From contig CBFFRQ010000013.1 in assembly GCA_965644315.1 (NCBI GenBank), positions 186,001-250,000 of the forward strand: a stretch of 64,000 nt of DNA. Direction: 5' to 3'. Both the position numbers and the translations under genes were made by a program. Below the pieces are notes generated by a model. It did not search any database. It saw only the letters and a program-made list of their open reading frames with translations, and was not told where the DNA came from. The first letter of the stretch is position 1. Every line of letters begins with the position of its first letter. Below are positions 37,801-50,223 of this stretch, in pieces. This DNA is from Caecitellus pseudoparvulus (lineage: Eukaryota > Protista > Bigyra: Bicosoecida).

Positions 37801-40154
37801 CTGATCGGGGCCGAGCGCATCCTCCTCAACTGCAAGGAGAATGAAGCCCTTAGTCGTTGCTGCCCGTTGCACTGCAACCCCGATGCCATGATAACTCCAC
37901 TTGAATGAGCTCAGAACAGGCACCATGATACCCTCAGAGGTTTGCAAGAACGAGTACTTCGTCTCCTCGACAGACATGTCCATCATATCCCCACTTGATG
38001 TAATGGTGGATCCAGCAAGTGTCTGACCCAAAAATGCATCCAAAAGCTTACCGTACGGCCCTGGAAGCATGTTCTCTACGCCCCTGCCAAGCAAGGACGC
38101 GGAGCTGCTCTTCAGCATGCGGCACATGGAGGTGCTCACGTGCACCACCTTGCCCAGGTCTTGGCCACCCTCGTGCCCTACCCGCAGGATCCCGGGCTGC
38201 CCCAGCTCCTCTGACACGCTGCGTGTGGGGGTGTTTTCCCAGAAGGTAAACTCTCCGTGGGCGTTCTGGGATACCTTAGAGGCACGCTCTTCCACGGCTG
38301 TCGCCTCGTCCAGCAATGTCTGAGCTCGAGCGGGGTGGTTCAGGACGTCCATCACAAAGGCAGCGTACTTGCGCAGAACGTCAACGTTCCGCCTATTGAT
38401 GTGCAGTAGAGCACTGAAGCTCGCCTCAGTTTTGGCAATGCTGTCGTTGAGTGTGCCACCCAGTGAGTACATGCGCCCTAGATCTGGTACGCGACTCTTC
38501 AGCTCGCCCCAGAACAGAACCAAGTTGCGACGCGCGTCCGCACCGGAGACCATGGCGTCCTTCATATGTTTGTCAAATGCCACACGGGTGAGGACGTTCA
38601 TCTGCCCCTGCTGTGCGGCGCTGTCATCTTCCTCCATTTGTTTCCTGCGTTGCCACATGAGGAACCAGATGTCCAACGGCGGGGACCGCATCTCTGCCTT
38701 ATTCAACAGCATGCTTTCCTTCTGGCGCGAGCGAGCTCCAGATAGACTGGTCAGGTATTGTGCGTAGAACAGGTACAGACAGGCCGAGTTGGCAGCCAGC
38801 TCGATGGACTGCACATACACGTCCTCCACCGAACGAATGACGCCATCCAACTCAACCGGCACGTCGCCAGGCTCGGAGTCAGCACTTGTGTCTCGTTCCT
38901 CAAGGCCGGTGCTCAACTCCCTGTTGAGAGAGGCGACATACTGACGCTGCCGGGAGATGTTGGCATGCAAGGTTCGAGCTCGAATCTCGGCGTGGTACGG
39001 GTTCTTGCACAAGACACCTTTTGCTGCAAGGCGGTCCAGCGTCATGTACACTCCCTGGCTGGCAGCAAGCAGTGCACCCGGGGCACCCAGCCAGAAAGTA
39101 TATGCAGCAGTGTGCGGGTCATCGAGGATACCGTGCAGCGTCGCGCAGAATGAAGCCCACAGGAAGAGGCCAGCCATGCTGGCCCGGTATGCGTTCATGC
39201 CAGGTTTGTGGAAAGGGAGGGTGTACATGACGCTAAAGAGCACAATGATTCCAGCCAAGAGCACGACGATCCGTAACACCCAAACGTTAAGTGTGTCCTG
39301 CAGAACGAAAGTGGCGGTGACGGCAAGCTGGGTAAGGATGATTGCGGAGTCGCTTCGCCCGTGGCTCTTGGAGACGAGGCTGGTGGAGCGCCAGTCCCTG
39401 TCGAAGAAAACCGCTGCCACAAGCAAGGAGAAGCACGCAAACATTGGTAACAGCACCAGCACAACCAAGAGCCACGCCAGGTGGCTTCCTTCGTAGCACC
39501 TCAGCGTGGTGCCTGCCCACGTCCCGTCCCGAGGGCAGGAGAAAATGGACATCATCAAGCCTGATAGAGGAATGAAGAGAGCCGTGGTGGTGAGTTTTGC
39601 AGTAAGACGAAGGAGTCGAAGTGGCCACAGGACGCTGAAGTGGTTCCTCGCGAAGGACACGGCGCACCACACAGATATGGCCAGCACCAGCCCAATCCAA
39701 GCCATGGCTGCGAAGAACGCTATGACGGTGTACTCCTTCGGCAGCACCATGCGGGCCAGTGCGCTGGCAGACAGAAACGACAACGCTTGCGTGATTTGGG
39801 TGATGCTGTCTGCTCCGCGCCACAACACCTGCGCGGCGTCTTCGGAAGCCGGGGGTGTGCCGTGGCGAGTGACCACCGAGCCTCGGCTTGGAAGACGCAC
39901 TCCACTAAGTGGGAAGCCTATAAACTGCAAGTTGCTCAGCGTGAGGATGATGATCGAAAACGCATTTGAAGAGCTGCTGTCCTGCGGGGTGGGCGAGGGT
40001 AGCCGGTAGGTGGCAGAAGTCACAGGCACTTCCGCAGTGCATCTCTGCGGCGAACCTTGTTCATGACGTAGAGGGTCCCAAACAAGCCATCGGAGAACTT
40101 CTTCAGCAGGAGTTCCAGGCCAGAAGCCTGGTTCCTGGTACCGTTGTGCCTCAT
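34861..40154 (-). CDS. TmcB/TmcC-like multi-pass membrane protein with degenerate PAS domain (paralogue A)
   Basis: N-terminal multi-TM block, helical region (VDVLRKYAAFVMDVLNHP), PAS-like segment (LLGRGVENMLPGPY), then further TM segments with large loops, ending MLLMLPGDAV. First exon 40056-40154 (LFGTLYVMNK). Introns 39982-40055 and 39829-39900. Confidence 0.8.
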
Positions 40155-40330
40155 GCCAGCCACCTGGCGTGTGATGGCGTTTCAAGCTGCCTGGACTCAG
40201 CGGCCAGCTTTGGCAGTCGCCCTGCTCGCACCAAAACCGCGCAGCCTGAATCAGGGGCGCAAACTACGAGAGCTAGTCCTGAACATGTCAGTCCAACTTG
40301 GTTTATGCGCAAGCAGTGTCTTTGCTCGAC
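40155..40330. promoter_or_regulatory. Putative bidirectional promoter (176 bp between inferred start codons of the two TmcB-like genes)
   Basis: Divergent ATGs at 40154 (-) and 40331 (+). Positional inference only. Confidence 0.55.
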
Positions 40331-43300
40331 ATGGCCGAGGGTCTACGGGGCAACGGAGGCCAAGCCGCAGGGGCCGGCTTCGCCTCGCGCAGCTTTCGGT
40401 CCCTGATAAAGCAGCGAGGGGATGCAGCCGAGGCTGAACTCTTTCACTCGGATTCTCAACTTGAACAAGACCAGCGCTCAAGCCTCCTCGACTGGATTGC
40501 TGAATCCGCCCAGCGAATCGCATTCTTTGCCGTGCGTTTCTGATGCCACGCGAATTTCCGCTCCGGCGCAGTGACCTTGGGCCCCCCCGTCTGCCCCTCT
40601 GCAGATGTATGCACTGCGAAAGGTACCATCAACTTCGTCTTCTCACGCTTGGGGTGTGCTACTTCTGTTCATTCCTTGCCTCCAGTTCATCTCCATTGCC
40701 TTGCGGCCGTACGCTGCCACTGGGTTCAGGCTGGTGCCTTGGCTGCAGGACGCTGGCGCAGTGATGCAAGCCATCACGCTGTGGCCCTCTTCAGCGCATA
40801 CAGATGGACGTTTGTCTTCTTACAACCTCTCTGTCGCAGCTTTTGGCTTGGGGTGTGGCCTCACTCTGCTGCGAGTGGCCCTCGGCACGGCCGTTGGGAT
40901 CATCTTCAGCCGATTGCAAGGCACTGTCTCCCAAGCTCCGGCCACCATTCTGTCATCCTACCGCTTCCTTTCTTGTCTGCTCAATGGTGTGGGCTTCATT
41001 CCAGTCACGTTGTGGCTGCTGGCTCCAACGGTCTGCCGTGCTCCGCACGGGGGCTGGCCGGTGACTGACGCCTGCTTCGAGCCTGCCCACACCTTCGCGC
41101 TCATCTTCGGCGTAGCCATGGCCATTGTGCACGTTGCAGTATCGTGCATCGAAACGCTGTGCCTGGTGGATCAGGTTCCGTTCTCAACATTTCGTGGCGC
41201 ACTGTTCGGGCGGACACAAGCCGTTTGGCTCATCTTGCAGGCCACCGTCGTCGCTGTCGCACTGCACGGCACGGTGTGGTCCCTCGTCGTGCAGCTCCTG
41301 GCCAGTGCAGCTTCCGCGGTGGCATTCGCACTCACTCTGCCATACTTCTCGGAGCGTGCCAACGTCATGGCTGTTGGGGCCAACATTGCCGCCTGCTGGC
41401 TGTGCCTGTGTGCACTCTTGGGCAGCACGCCGAGCGTTGCTGGCGGGGCTGCGATGGCGGGTGTTCTGCTGACTCCGCTCGTCTGGCTCAGCTCAGGGTA
41501 CCTGGCTCTGCACTGGCGAGTGCTGCGGGCCATCAGAACCAGCTTGAAAGAGCTGTCAAGTGCCTTTGCCGTGGATGTGAAGGTGCGAGCAGTGTTGGTG
41601 GACTTTGATCAGCACGCCCCGCAGCCAGCTGCCGCTCTGCGCATCGTGAACGAACTGCTCAAGGGCGCTGCCCGCCAGTTGTCTTCCTCACCCTCCGTGA
41701 ACATGGTTTACGCCCACTTTCTGCAGCACTATAAACGAAACAAGTACCTGGAGGCCTCCCAGCTGGATGCCATCGTGCGCAAGGCTCCCAGCGTGGACGC
41801 CATGTTCTTCGCCTTCGTCCGCAGAATGGAACTGCAAGACGAAGACTCTGCCGGCACAAACATGGGTGTTGTCTCCCGCATTCAGTACGACAAGCAACAC
41901 ATCAAAGCCATGAAGTCATCTGTGCACACGCGCCAGCAGCTGCTCGCCTTCTGGGGCGAGCTGGCAGACTCCAAGTCCCCTGACGTGCTGAAGGTGCACC
42001 AGCTGTCCGCGGCGCTGTCGAGCAGCATGTCGCAGACCAAGGACTACTTTGAAGCCCTATTAGGGCACAACTCACACCATGTTGGTGTGCTGCGCCAGTA
42101 CGCCTCCTTCATGTTGGAGGTGTCCAACGAGCCCGCCCGGGCGCTGGCCCTGTTGGAGGAGGCCGACAGCCTCGAGGATGTGGCTGCTCGCAGGCACGCG
42201 AGCAGCAGTGGCGCCTTCTCCTTCATGCAGAACGGAACATTTGATGTCGGAGATGAAGCAGTCGCAATCATCACGGCCAGCGCACAGGTTGGGCGACTGG
42301 GGGTTGTGACCAGCTGCAACGCCAATGCGCTGCGCATGTTTGGGTACAGCCGCAGAGAGCTCCTGGGCCGCACGCTGTCGACACTCATGCCAGAACCAAT
42401 AGCCAGCATTCATGGGCGCATGATGAACATGTACTTGACCTCTGGAGTGGAGCATGTCACATCTTCCACGCGCATGGTGTTCGGACTGCATCGGTCGAAC
42501 ACCATCTTCCCCATGTACCTGCACGTGAGGTCCATGGACACAGGGTTCGGAGCGCTCATGTTGCCCTTCGTCTGTTCGGATGGCTTCATCATGTTTGTTC
42601 GCAAGGGTTTCCTTGCTACAGCAATGTGTGAGCGCTCCTGCACGCTCCTGCAGGTCCCAATTGAGGATGTGCAGGCCGGCCAAGTTGCTGTGCGGACCTT
42701 CTTCCCCAGCATCTCCATGCTGATGCGGTCTGCCACGGCAGAGAAGTCCTACAAGAAGATGCCCACAGATCCGCACATTGCAGATGACTCCACAGTCGTA
42801 TCCGCTGGCACGAGGGCGGAGGATGGCAAGGGTGCGAGCTTTCACTCGATCGCCTTCGAGGTGCAGGACAGCTCTGTTCCGGTGCTGGCTCGAGTGACGC
42901 GCTACGCCTTCAAAGCGGCGTCGAACCAGCCAAATCTGTATGTCTTGCAGTGGAAGCATGCCGCATCAGCTGAACGGCAGTCTCTGGAGGATGTACGCGC
43001 GCAGCTTAGCTGTGCGCCAACGACAAGCTCTGCGCCTGGCGTCGCGCAGCTTGCAGACTCGGACTCTGTCGATGGAATCTTGGACGACGAGGTGCACGAG
43101 TCTGATGGCGAAGAGACGGCGCATAAGTCATCTTCAGATGGACAGCGCACGCCTTCCTTGCCAGGGAAAGCAATGTCAAAGGCTCACAGCACGACGTCGC
43201 GCGAGACTTCCAGCAGCGCGGTGGAGAGCCTTCGGCGGTTGGTCAACCACAGCCACTCAACGCTGGATCCCGGCCTGGCCATGCTTCGCAACGCTTTTGC

Positions 43301-45569
43301 TGGCATTTTTGCCGTCACGATCCTTGTCACCATTATCTCGGCAGCCACGATCATCTCGCGTCTGTCCGCCTTTGACTCCACCCAAGACCTGCTCGCGGAC
43401 TCCTTCAAACAGCAGCTCCTCGTACAGCGCCTGGCGTTCACGACACAAGCACTGTCTTGGGCGGAGAGAGGGCATCTTACGTACTTTCCCTTGGACTCAC
43501 GACACCACAATCTGTCGGCTGCTGTGCGCGGGCCAGCGGGGGGTCACCTTGCGTGGAGCTTGTCCACGGCTCAGCAATCAGAGCTGGCTGGGGCACTGCT
43601 CAGTGATCTGCAAAGTGATGCAGACAAGCTAGATGCCGAGGCAGAGCGACTTTTTGCCACTTTCAAGTCTGACAGTTTCCGAATGTGGCACGGCGCAAAT
43701 TCTGAACAAGTGGCTGCGTTGAAGCGCATGCAGTCGGCATCCAGCATTCCTGTAATTGTTCGACAAGGCGCCCTCATCTCAACTCGGCAAGGCAGCCTTG
43801 CTGAGTTGCTGAATGATTTGGTCGCGGCTGCTAGGGAAGTGTGGAGCGCCGGCATGTCGGGACAGGAGGTCCCTAGCACAGCTGCGGTGTTCATTGCAGA
43901 CAACAAGGAGGGCCCACCTGCCGAGGCGCTGTCCACAGCAGCCAAGTACACAGCAGACATCAACCAAAACACGTTTGATTCGCTTTACGTGGTCATGCAG
44001 CAAGTGTTTCTTGTGCTGGCTGCGCTCAGTGACGTCTTGCTGCTCGCGGGCGTCGTGCCCCTCATCCAGCGCGTGGAGGCTGGGAAGGACCGCGTCGTCA
44101 CCGCTTTCCTGCAGGTGCCTCAGGAGTACTTGCAGGACCTGCGCGCCCGGTGCAAACGAAGTTTAGAACGGATGCTGACCAGCGTTGCCTCTGAGGCTGA
44201 TGGGGAGGATTTTGAGAGCGATCGCGGGAGTGACTCTGAGTCAGATGCGAGCGAGAACCTCGTCCACGAGCAGCTGAAGGGCGAGGGCTCAATTGGTACC
44301 ACTGATATGAGCAAGTTCAAGCGTTCGCGGTTGATCGAGATGTCTGCAGACCACTCGAAGGCAGGACGAGTCGCGAAGAAGTCTCGCAGTGCATTTTTTG
44401 CACTCCTGCTTCGCTTCGGCGGACCCATGGTGCTGCTACTACTGTACCTCATGGTGCTTTTCCTGTGGACCCACGAGAGCTTGAGACCAGTGTCTACAGC
44501 CGTGCGAGACCTAAGTATGAGCTACAAACGCCTGCTCAGCACGTATACAGCGGGGGAACACATCATGCGCATTGCACCGCTGCCGCTGTGGAACGTTGCC
44601 TACCGGGACACCCTGAACAGCACGTTGCATGATGCTTGGTCAGAAATTGGCGAGGCAGAGAATCTGAACAGGGAGCTACTCTTCGGCAGCGACGTTGCCG
44701 AATCAAGCAGCTTGGAGGCGCAAGGGGCTCTGCAGTCACTGATGATGTCAGATGGCTGTGTGGACCCGGCGGACATCGTGTGTTCGAGCTTTGCAGACGG
44801 CTTTGTGGCCTACAATGGCTTGCGGAGCACGCTGGAAAGCCACTTGGCCAACTTGAAGCAGATTGCGACCTTGAAAGCCCGCGAAGCCTTTGACTTGACC
44901 GGAGGCAACTTCACGACAGGCATCGACGAGCTCGACCAAGCCGTCAGTAAGGCGCTCCTATCGACTCCTAGCTTCTTGGCAACTTTCTCTGGGAACACGT
45001 GTACGCAGAGTGTTGGAGAGCCTTTTGACGACACGCTGGCCCTGTACGCCGCCAGCACCGGAAATCGATCCTGGCTGTCCCTTCCCAGCCTCAACGTTAA
45101 TGTGACGGCATGCACTGCCTACTCCAAATCCTGGTTGCTACATCCGCCACTGCCGGAGGCAGCTGCTTTGCACTCCGCCTTCGTTCTGGACGGCCTGCAA
45201 CACGCCGCCTCTACCCGGCGATCGGGAACCAAGGAAATAGTGACCGCATACCAGTCTGGTCTCATCACAGTCATCACGGTCGCTGCTGCTGTGATTGCAT
45301 TCTTTTTCGTGGGCGTGTACGTGCCTGCCGTCCGGGCGATGGACCGCACGATGAAGCGGACTCGCTCCCTGCTTTTGCTGTTCCCTGAGCAGGCGCTCAT
45401 GCACATCCCAAGTCTAGCAAAGGCCCTGCGGAGCACAGCCGCAGATGCAACACAGGTGTTTGGGGCTTCCATGAGCTCTGCCCACCTCGGGGCGGGCAGT
45501 CGAGTGCGCAAGGCCAAGAGCCGCCGTTCCACGCGCATTGCACCTGCCTCAGCGACGGCAAGCGATTGA
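40331..45569 (+). CDS. TmcB/TmcC-like multi-pass membrane protein with FixL-type PAS domain (paralogue B)
   Basis: Same architecture as paralogue A. PAS: NANALRMFGYSRRELLGRTLSTLMPEPIASIHGRMMNMYLTSGVEHVTSSTRMVFGLHRSNTIFPMYLHV. Exon 40331-40531, intron 40532-40604. Confidence 0.85.
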
Positions 45570-45601
45570 GGAGGCGTCCCCTGAGACGCAAGCAAGCTAG
45601 C

Positions 45602-46830
45602 TTACGCCGTCGACGCCCGCTGAGCCTTCCTCTGCTTGATGACGTTCTCAAGGAACAGCTCCCCTGCCTTGTACGAAGAGCGCACCAGCGGTCCTGACGC
45701 GACGTACAGGAAGCCCATGCTTTCAGCTTCCCTCTGCCACCTGGCAAAGGCTTCTGGAGTCACGTACTCAGCCACTGGCATGTGTCGGCGAGTGGGGCGC
45801 AGGTATTGCCCGAATGTAATTACATCCACTCCCGCTTCTCTGCAGTCTTGCATGGTTGCGATGATTTCCTCTTCCCGCTCGCCCACGCCAAGCATGAGGC
45901 TGGTCTTCGTAATCATTCCAGGCACTGCCCGCTTCGCTTCGCGCAGAACGTCCAGAGTTTGGTGGTAGGCAGCTCGGCGGTCTCGCACCCGGGGTGTGCA
46001 GCGCTCCACTGTCTCAAGGTTGTGCGCATACACGTCCAAGCCTGACTTGGCAACCTGTGCGATGAGGTCAGCGTTGCCGCTGAAATCGGGTGTCAGGACC
46101 TCCACAAGCAGCTCAGGCTTCAGGCGCTTGAGGTGACGGACAGTTTCGGCCAAGTGGGCGGCGCCCCCATCCTCCTGCGTGCCAGGGGGGGACGCGTGCG
46201 TAACACGAGAGCGGCGTTTTACCATGAAACGCCACGCACCAAGTCGTCGCGGTCCACGCTGGTGAGCACCACGTAGTCCAAGCCCCACCGTGCCACAGCC
46301 TCTGCCGTATTCAGTGGCTCGTTTGGGTCTAGCGGTGCTGGGTTGCGAGCGGTGCTCACCGCACAGAAGCTGCAGCCGCGCGTGCAGGTGTCCCCCATCA
46401 GCATGATGGTGGCGGTGGCGGTGCCTTCCTTTCCTCCCCAGCACTCGCCAATGTTGGGGCATTTTGCCTCCTCACACACCGTAGCAAGGTTCAGCTTCTT
46501 CACATCGCTGGAGAGGCGGTCCAAGTTGGCTCTGTTAGCGCTCTTGGGCGCCGTCACGCGCAGCCAGCTCGGCTTGGGAGGGTCTTTCTTGTCGCTGTAG
46601 TTGTGAGTGCGGATGCCCTCAGCGTTCATCTGAGCAAAGTCAAACAGGTCTGGACCACTGGCCATTTGGGCTTGCAGTGCCTTCAATCGATCTGACGCGC
46701 TGCTGCTGTCCACGCGCACCGCTGCCTGTTGGGCCGACGCCTTGCTCGTGGTTGCGAGTCCAGCAGCAGCGAATCGAGGTGGCGCACTGGCTGCCATGAG
46801 GCGGCGCGCTGCGCTGGCTGCCCAAGCCAT
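45602..46830 (-). CDS. LIAS: Lipoyl synthase, mitochondrial (radical SAM)
   Basis: [20 protein letters not shown] and [10 protein letters not shown]. Intron 46175-46239 at TSVDRDDL|EDGG. Presequence-like N-terminus. Confidence 0.95.
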
Positions 46831-46980
46831 GGCGATACGATTGCAGGGAAAGCAAACTGCTAAACAGGGGGCAGAGCACGCGTGTGGATTCTCATGTATT
46901 GCATTTTGATTGCCATGTTGAACTGAGTCGCGCTGGTGGAACCTGCTGGTGAGGGTTGGCGGACCTCGCAGACTCCCAGG

Positions 46981-49900
46981 CTACCTCTGTTCGTCCATGT
47001 ACAGTGGTTCAGGGTTCTCTCGGCCCTGCGGCAGCTCAAATGGGCAGGGTTGTGGAGCCAGGGCCTGCAAAAATGCAGCCAGAGCTGCTTGCGTGTCTGC
47101 CGGAGCCTTCTGCATGTCATCGTTGACGCAGATGAACTTGGGCTTGGCTCCTCGCAGTTCATCCAAAGCCTTCAGTGTAGTGTTGAAGTCATCGCTGATC
47201 ATACGGAACCCGACTTCTCCAATGTCTCCCTCGGAGCTTTGGGGCGGGAACCGCGCGTGCTCTCTCAGTCCTTGCATCGCGGCCGCGCAGGCCAGCAGGT
47301 TGGCCAGGCTGGCGGCCGGCACCTGGACTTCCACAGCGTCAGCACGTAAATCTTGTGGCAGCGTGTAGCCAGGGAACAGACAACCCAGCAGCTCTCGCAT
47401 TCCGTCAGTGGTGGGGGGGCCTCCAGCCACCACCGCTGCCAAAGTGCGCAGCTCGTTCCACTCCAGCCTCCCCGAACCATCAGTGTCAAGTTCATCTCGC
47501 CAGTACTGCTCCAGGTTTATGCCTTCCCTCGCACCACCAGCTGTTAGGAATGTGAAGTACGCAAAGGCAAATTGCAAGTCCTGACCATGCCGAAAGCGGT
47601 GGTGAAGTGTGGAGTTCACTGCGTCTGGGAAAGTCGCCACAAGTGCCTCCATAGTGTCGATGCTTGCCATGTGGGGCATGTGGGCTGGCACCCGCCGGGT
47701 ATTGATGCCAAAGCGCTCATTCATGAGGCGATTCGTAAACACCAGGCTTTCTCCGTACAGATCCAACAAGCGCCGACGCTGAGCGTCGGTTGGCGGTGTA
47801 GGCTGTCCGGTACTGTGGGCGGCATTCGCCAGCGCCCGCCATGCAGTGGCTACTTCGCGCCCCGGGCGCCGGTCCCTGTGAAGCCACTGAATCTGCGCTG
47901 CCCGGTGTGCTCGAGAAGCGAGTGTCCTTGGCACGCGGTGAAAACGAAGGCTCCGCGGAGCTAAGGACACAACAGGCACAGCCACCCGGGAAGCAACCAC
48001 ACTCTCAGGGCGTGTAGCCAGGCGCCTTGAGCCCTGCTCTTGAGCCATGGCGTTGAGGCTGCTGCCATCTATGCTTTCCTCTGGGTCAGAAGATTCAGAG
48101 GCCGTCTCCACAGGCAGTGTGTCCGTTAGGTTCACGCGCAGGGGAATCTCCACTTCCAGGGCCGCTTCCTCCATGGCTTCTACAGATGCAGCCGAGCACT
48201 GACCAGACCGGCGGATGCCTGCCCCTCGGCAGCGCAACACCTCACTTCTAAGCATAAGTGGGCCGCGGTACATGACGCCGTATCGCAGCCAAAAGGGCAG
48301 GCTGTACACAACAATTGGATCTGCCAGCGCAGCCAGTTGTGGGTAGGCAGCCGCATCCCCTCGAGCCGCAGCCTTGATGCCCTGCTCGGACATGCGGAGC
48401 CGCTGAGACCAAGCATCCAGAGCAGTTGGAGCGCGATCAGGGTCAATGAGGACAACTGCTGTGTCGTGCAAAGCAAGGATAGCTGCCCTGCGCACGAACT
48501 GCGCGTCTCCTCGGTCAGCTGTGCGAGCTTTGGCTGACACTGATCGACTGAGCCAGTGCAGGTCTTGCAGAGGCACACTGATGGAAGCTTCAACGTCTTG
48601 GCACTCTTTCACCCATTCGTCCAGCACCGCGGTCTGGGATGCGCTGGGCGCAACACCCTCCTCTGTGATTGTGTGGCACACCGCAATCGCGGCTTGCGTG
48701 CGAGCTGCACAGCTGCCCTGGCCACCGCTTTCCCAAGCTCGCTGCAGAGCGATGCCTGCTGCAACAGACACCACACCATAGGTTCGTGCAGCACCTGCTG
48801 CTGCGGAAATGTTGACGTACAGCGCGGCCTCCAATGGCAACGAACCTGCCTCTCCAACTACGAGGAAGCCTTCCCCCCCCAGGGCCATCGAGTGAGCTTG
48901 AAACGTCACCTGAATCTCCATGGGCACGGTTCCATCCCCATGCATACCGGGGACTGCTCCTTGTGCCGCACGCCAAGCAGCTTTCCTGCAGGTCTGTGTA
49001 TCGTGGCTGCAAGCGGCTGCCAACTGCAAACAAGCTTTCGGAGCGGCACCGGGTACCACCGATTCCGGTTCAATGACTGGCAGCACCTGCAGTCTTGCCT
49101 GGAGCTGCAAGTCAGACTGACCTTGTGTGATTTGCTCCGCAGGCGCTTGGTCGGAGGGGGGCGTGCCCGTGGCAGTGTCAGCGGGCTGCACAGACTGGAC
49201 GAAGTTCTGCAAGGCAGCCCACGCTGACTTGGAGGAAGCCTGCTGACTCTCGTGAAGCTGCACCTTGGCCGCAGATCCAGACACGCCAGTATACATCGCT
49301 GCAACTCCGCAATCTCCCGCGTCGTAAGCGCACGAGGGCACGTTGCACCGCGTGTCACACATGCGATCCGCGACCCACGTGGAGGGGCACCCCGGCATGC
49401 ACGGGGCGTTTGCAGAAGACCCGGGCAGACCTGAGTGGCGTGTTCGAATGGTGGAATTCGTGCAGTCACCCCCGTCGAACTGGCAGGTGGTGGTGTTGCA
49501 CGCAGTGTCGCAGAAGCCGTCGCCTAGCCAGGAATCCACACACCCCTTCGCACACTTCGGCACCTGCCAGTCGAGGTAAACACGCTGCCCCGTGCTGGGA
49601 GAGTAAAAATCTTCTGGTCGCACTGGTGCCCCCAGCAGAACGTCGTCGTTGAAGTACACGAAGCGCTTGGAGAGCCCAGGGATGCGGTGCAGGTTCAGTT
49701 CGATGGCGGGCGACGCAAACACAGGCAGCAGCGCTGGGTCGGGGAAGATGGCGCTGTGTGGGACGACGTGCAGCCGGGGATGGGACGTGTCCAACCACAC
49801 AGGCACTTGACCGTTCGTCACGAGGAACACCTGCCGCACCCACGGAGCGTACTTGAACAGGCTGCGCAGACTGTACCGCAGCTCGCCTGAGTCGCGGAAC

Positions 49901-50223
49901 CGGTTGGCACTGGCAGCATCTGTGCCTTCACTGGCATTGCCAGACCGGACACTGACACCTTCAATCTCCTTCCACTTGGCCATGTCTGCCAGCCATCGTG
50001 GGTCGCTGCCATTCACCCATGTGTACACTACGTCAATTGGCTCTGGGCACAAGTCCACAAAGCGGCCGGCAATGTTGTCTGCGACACCACAACCTGCACT
50101 CTCCTGGCGTTCACCAGGCTGCACATGAGAGTGATCAATGATATGCAGCACTCCCAGACTGGCAAGCGCCCCTAAACACAGTCTGCGGGGAGCAAGCGTG
50201 GCGAGTTGGAGGGGGCGAGCCAT
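46981..50223 (-). CDS. GNPTAB: GlcNAc-1-phosphotransferase alpha/beta (Stealth family)
   Basis: CR1 PIDVVYTWVNGSD, CR2 ELRYSLRS..FVYFNDD, two Notch/LNR repeats (WLGDGFCDTACN, WVADRMCDTRCN), CR3 VPAHMPH, EF-hand DTDGSGRLEWNE and CR4 KFICVNDD. Confidence 0.88.
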   Translation of the reverse strand: MARPLQLATLAPRRLCLGALASLGVLHIIDHSHVQPGERQESAGCGVADNIAGRFVDLCPEPIDVVYTWVNGSDPRWLADMAKWKEIEGVSVRSGNASEGTDAASANRFRDSGELRYSLRSLFKYAPWVRQVFLVTNGQVPVWLDTSHPRLHVVPHSAIFPDPALLPVFASPAIELNLHRIPGLSKRFVYFNDDVLLGAPVRPEDFYSPSTGQRVYLDWQVPKCAKGCVDSWLGDGFCDTACNTTTCQFDGGDCTNSTIRTRHSGLPGSSANAPCMPGCPSTWVADRMCDTRCNVPSCAYDAGDCGVAAMYTGVSGSAAKVQLHESQQASSKSAWAALQNFVQSVQPADTATGTPPSDQAPAEQITQGQSDLQLQARLQVLPVIEPESVVPGAAPKACLQLAAACSHDTQTCRKAAWRAAQGAVPGMHGDGTVPMEIQVTFQAHSMALGGEGFLVVGEAGSLPLEAALYVNISAAAGAARTYGVVSVAAGIALQRAWESGGQGSCAARTQAAIAVCHTITEEGVAPSASQTAVLDEWVKECQDVEASISVPLQDLHWLSRSVSAKARTADRGDAQFVRRAAILALHDTAVVLIDPDRAPTALDAWSQRLRMSEQGIKAAARGDAAAYPQLAALADPIVVYSLPFWLRYGVMYRGPLMLRSEVLRCRGAGIRRSGQCSAASVEAMEEAALEVEIPLRVNLTDTLPVETASESSDPEESIDGSSLNAMAQEQGSRRLATRPESVVASRVAVPVVSLAPRSLRFHRVPRTLASRAHRAAQIQWLHRDRRPGREVATAWRALANAAHSTGQPTPPTDAQRRRLLDLYGESLVFTNRLMNERFGINTRRVPAHMPHMASIDTMEALVATFPDAVNSTLHHRFRHGQDLQFAFAYFTFLTAGGAREGINLEQYWRDELDTDGSGRLEWNELRTLAAVVAGGPPTTDGMRELLGCLFPGYTLPQDLRADAVEVQVPAASLANLLACAAAMQGLREHARFPPQSSEGDIGEVGFRMISDDFNTTLKALDELRGAKPKFICVNDDMQKAPADTQAALAAFLQALAPQPCPFELPQGRENPEPLYMDEQR

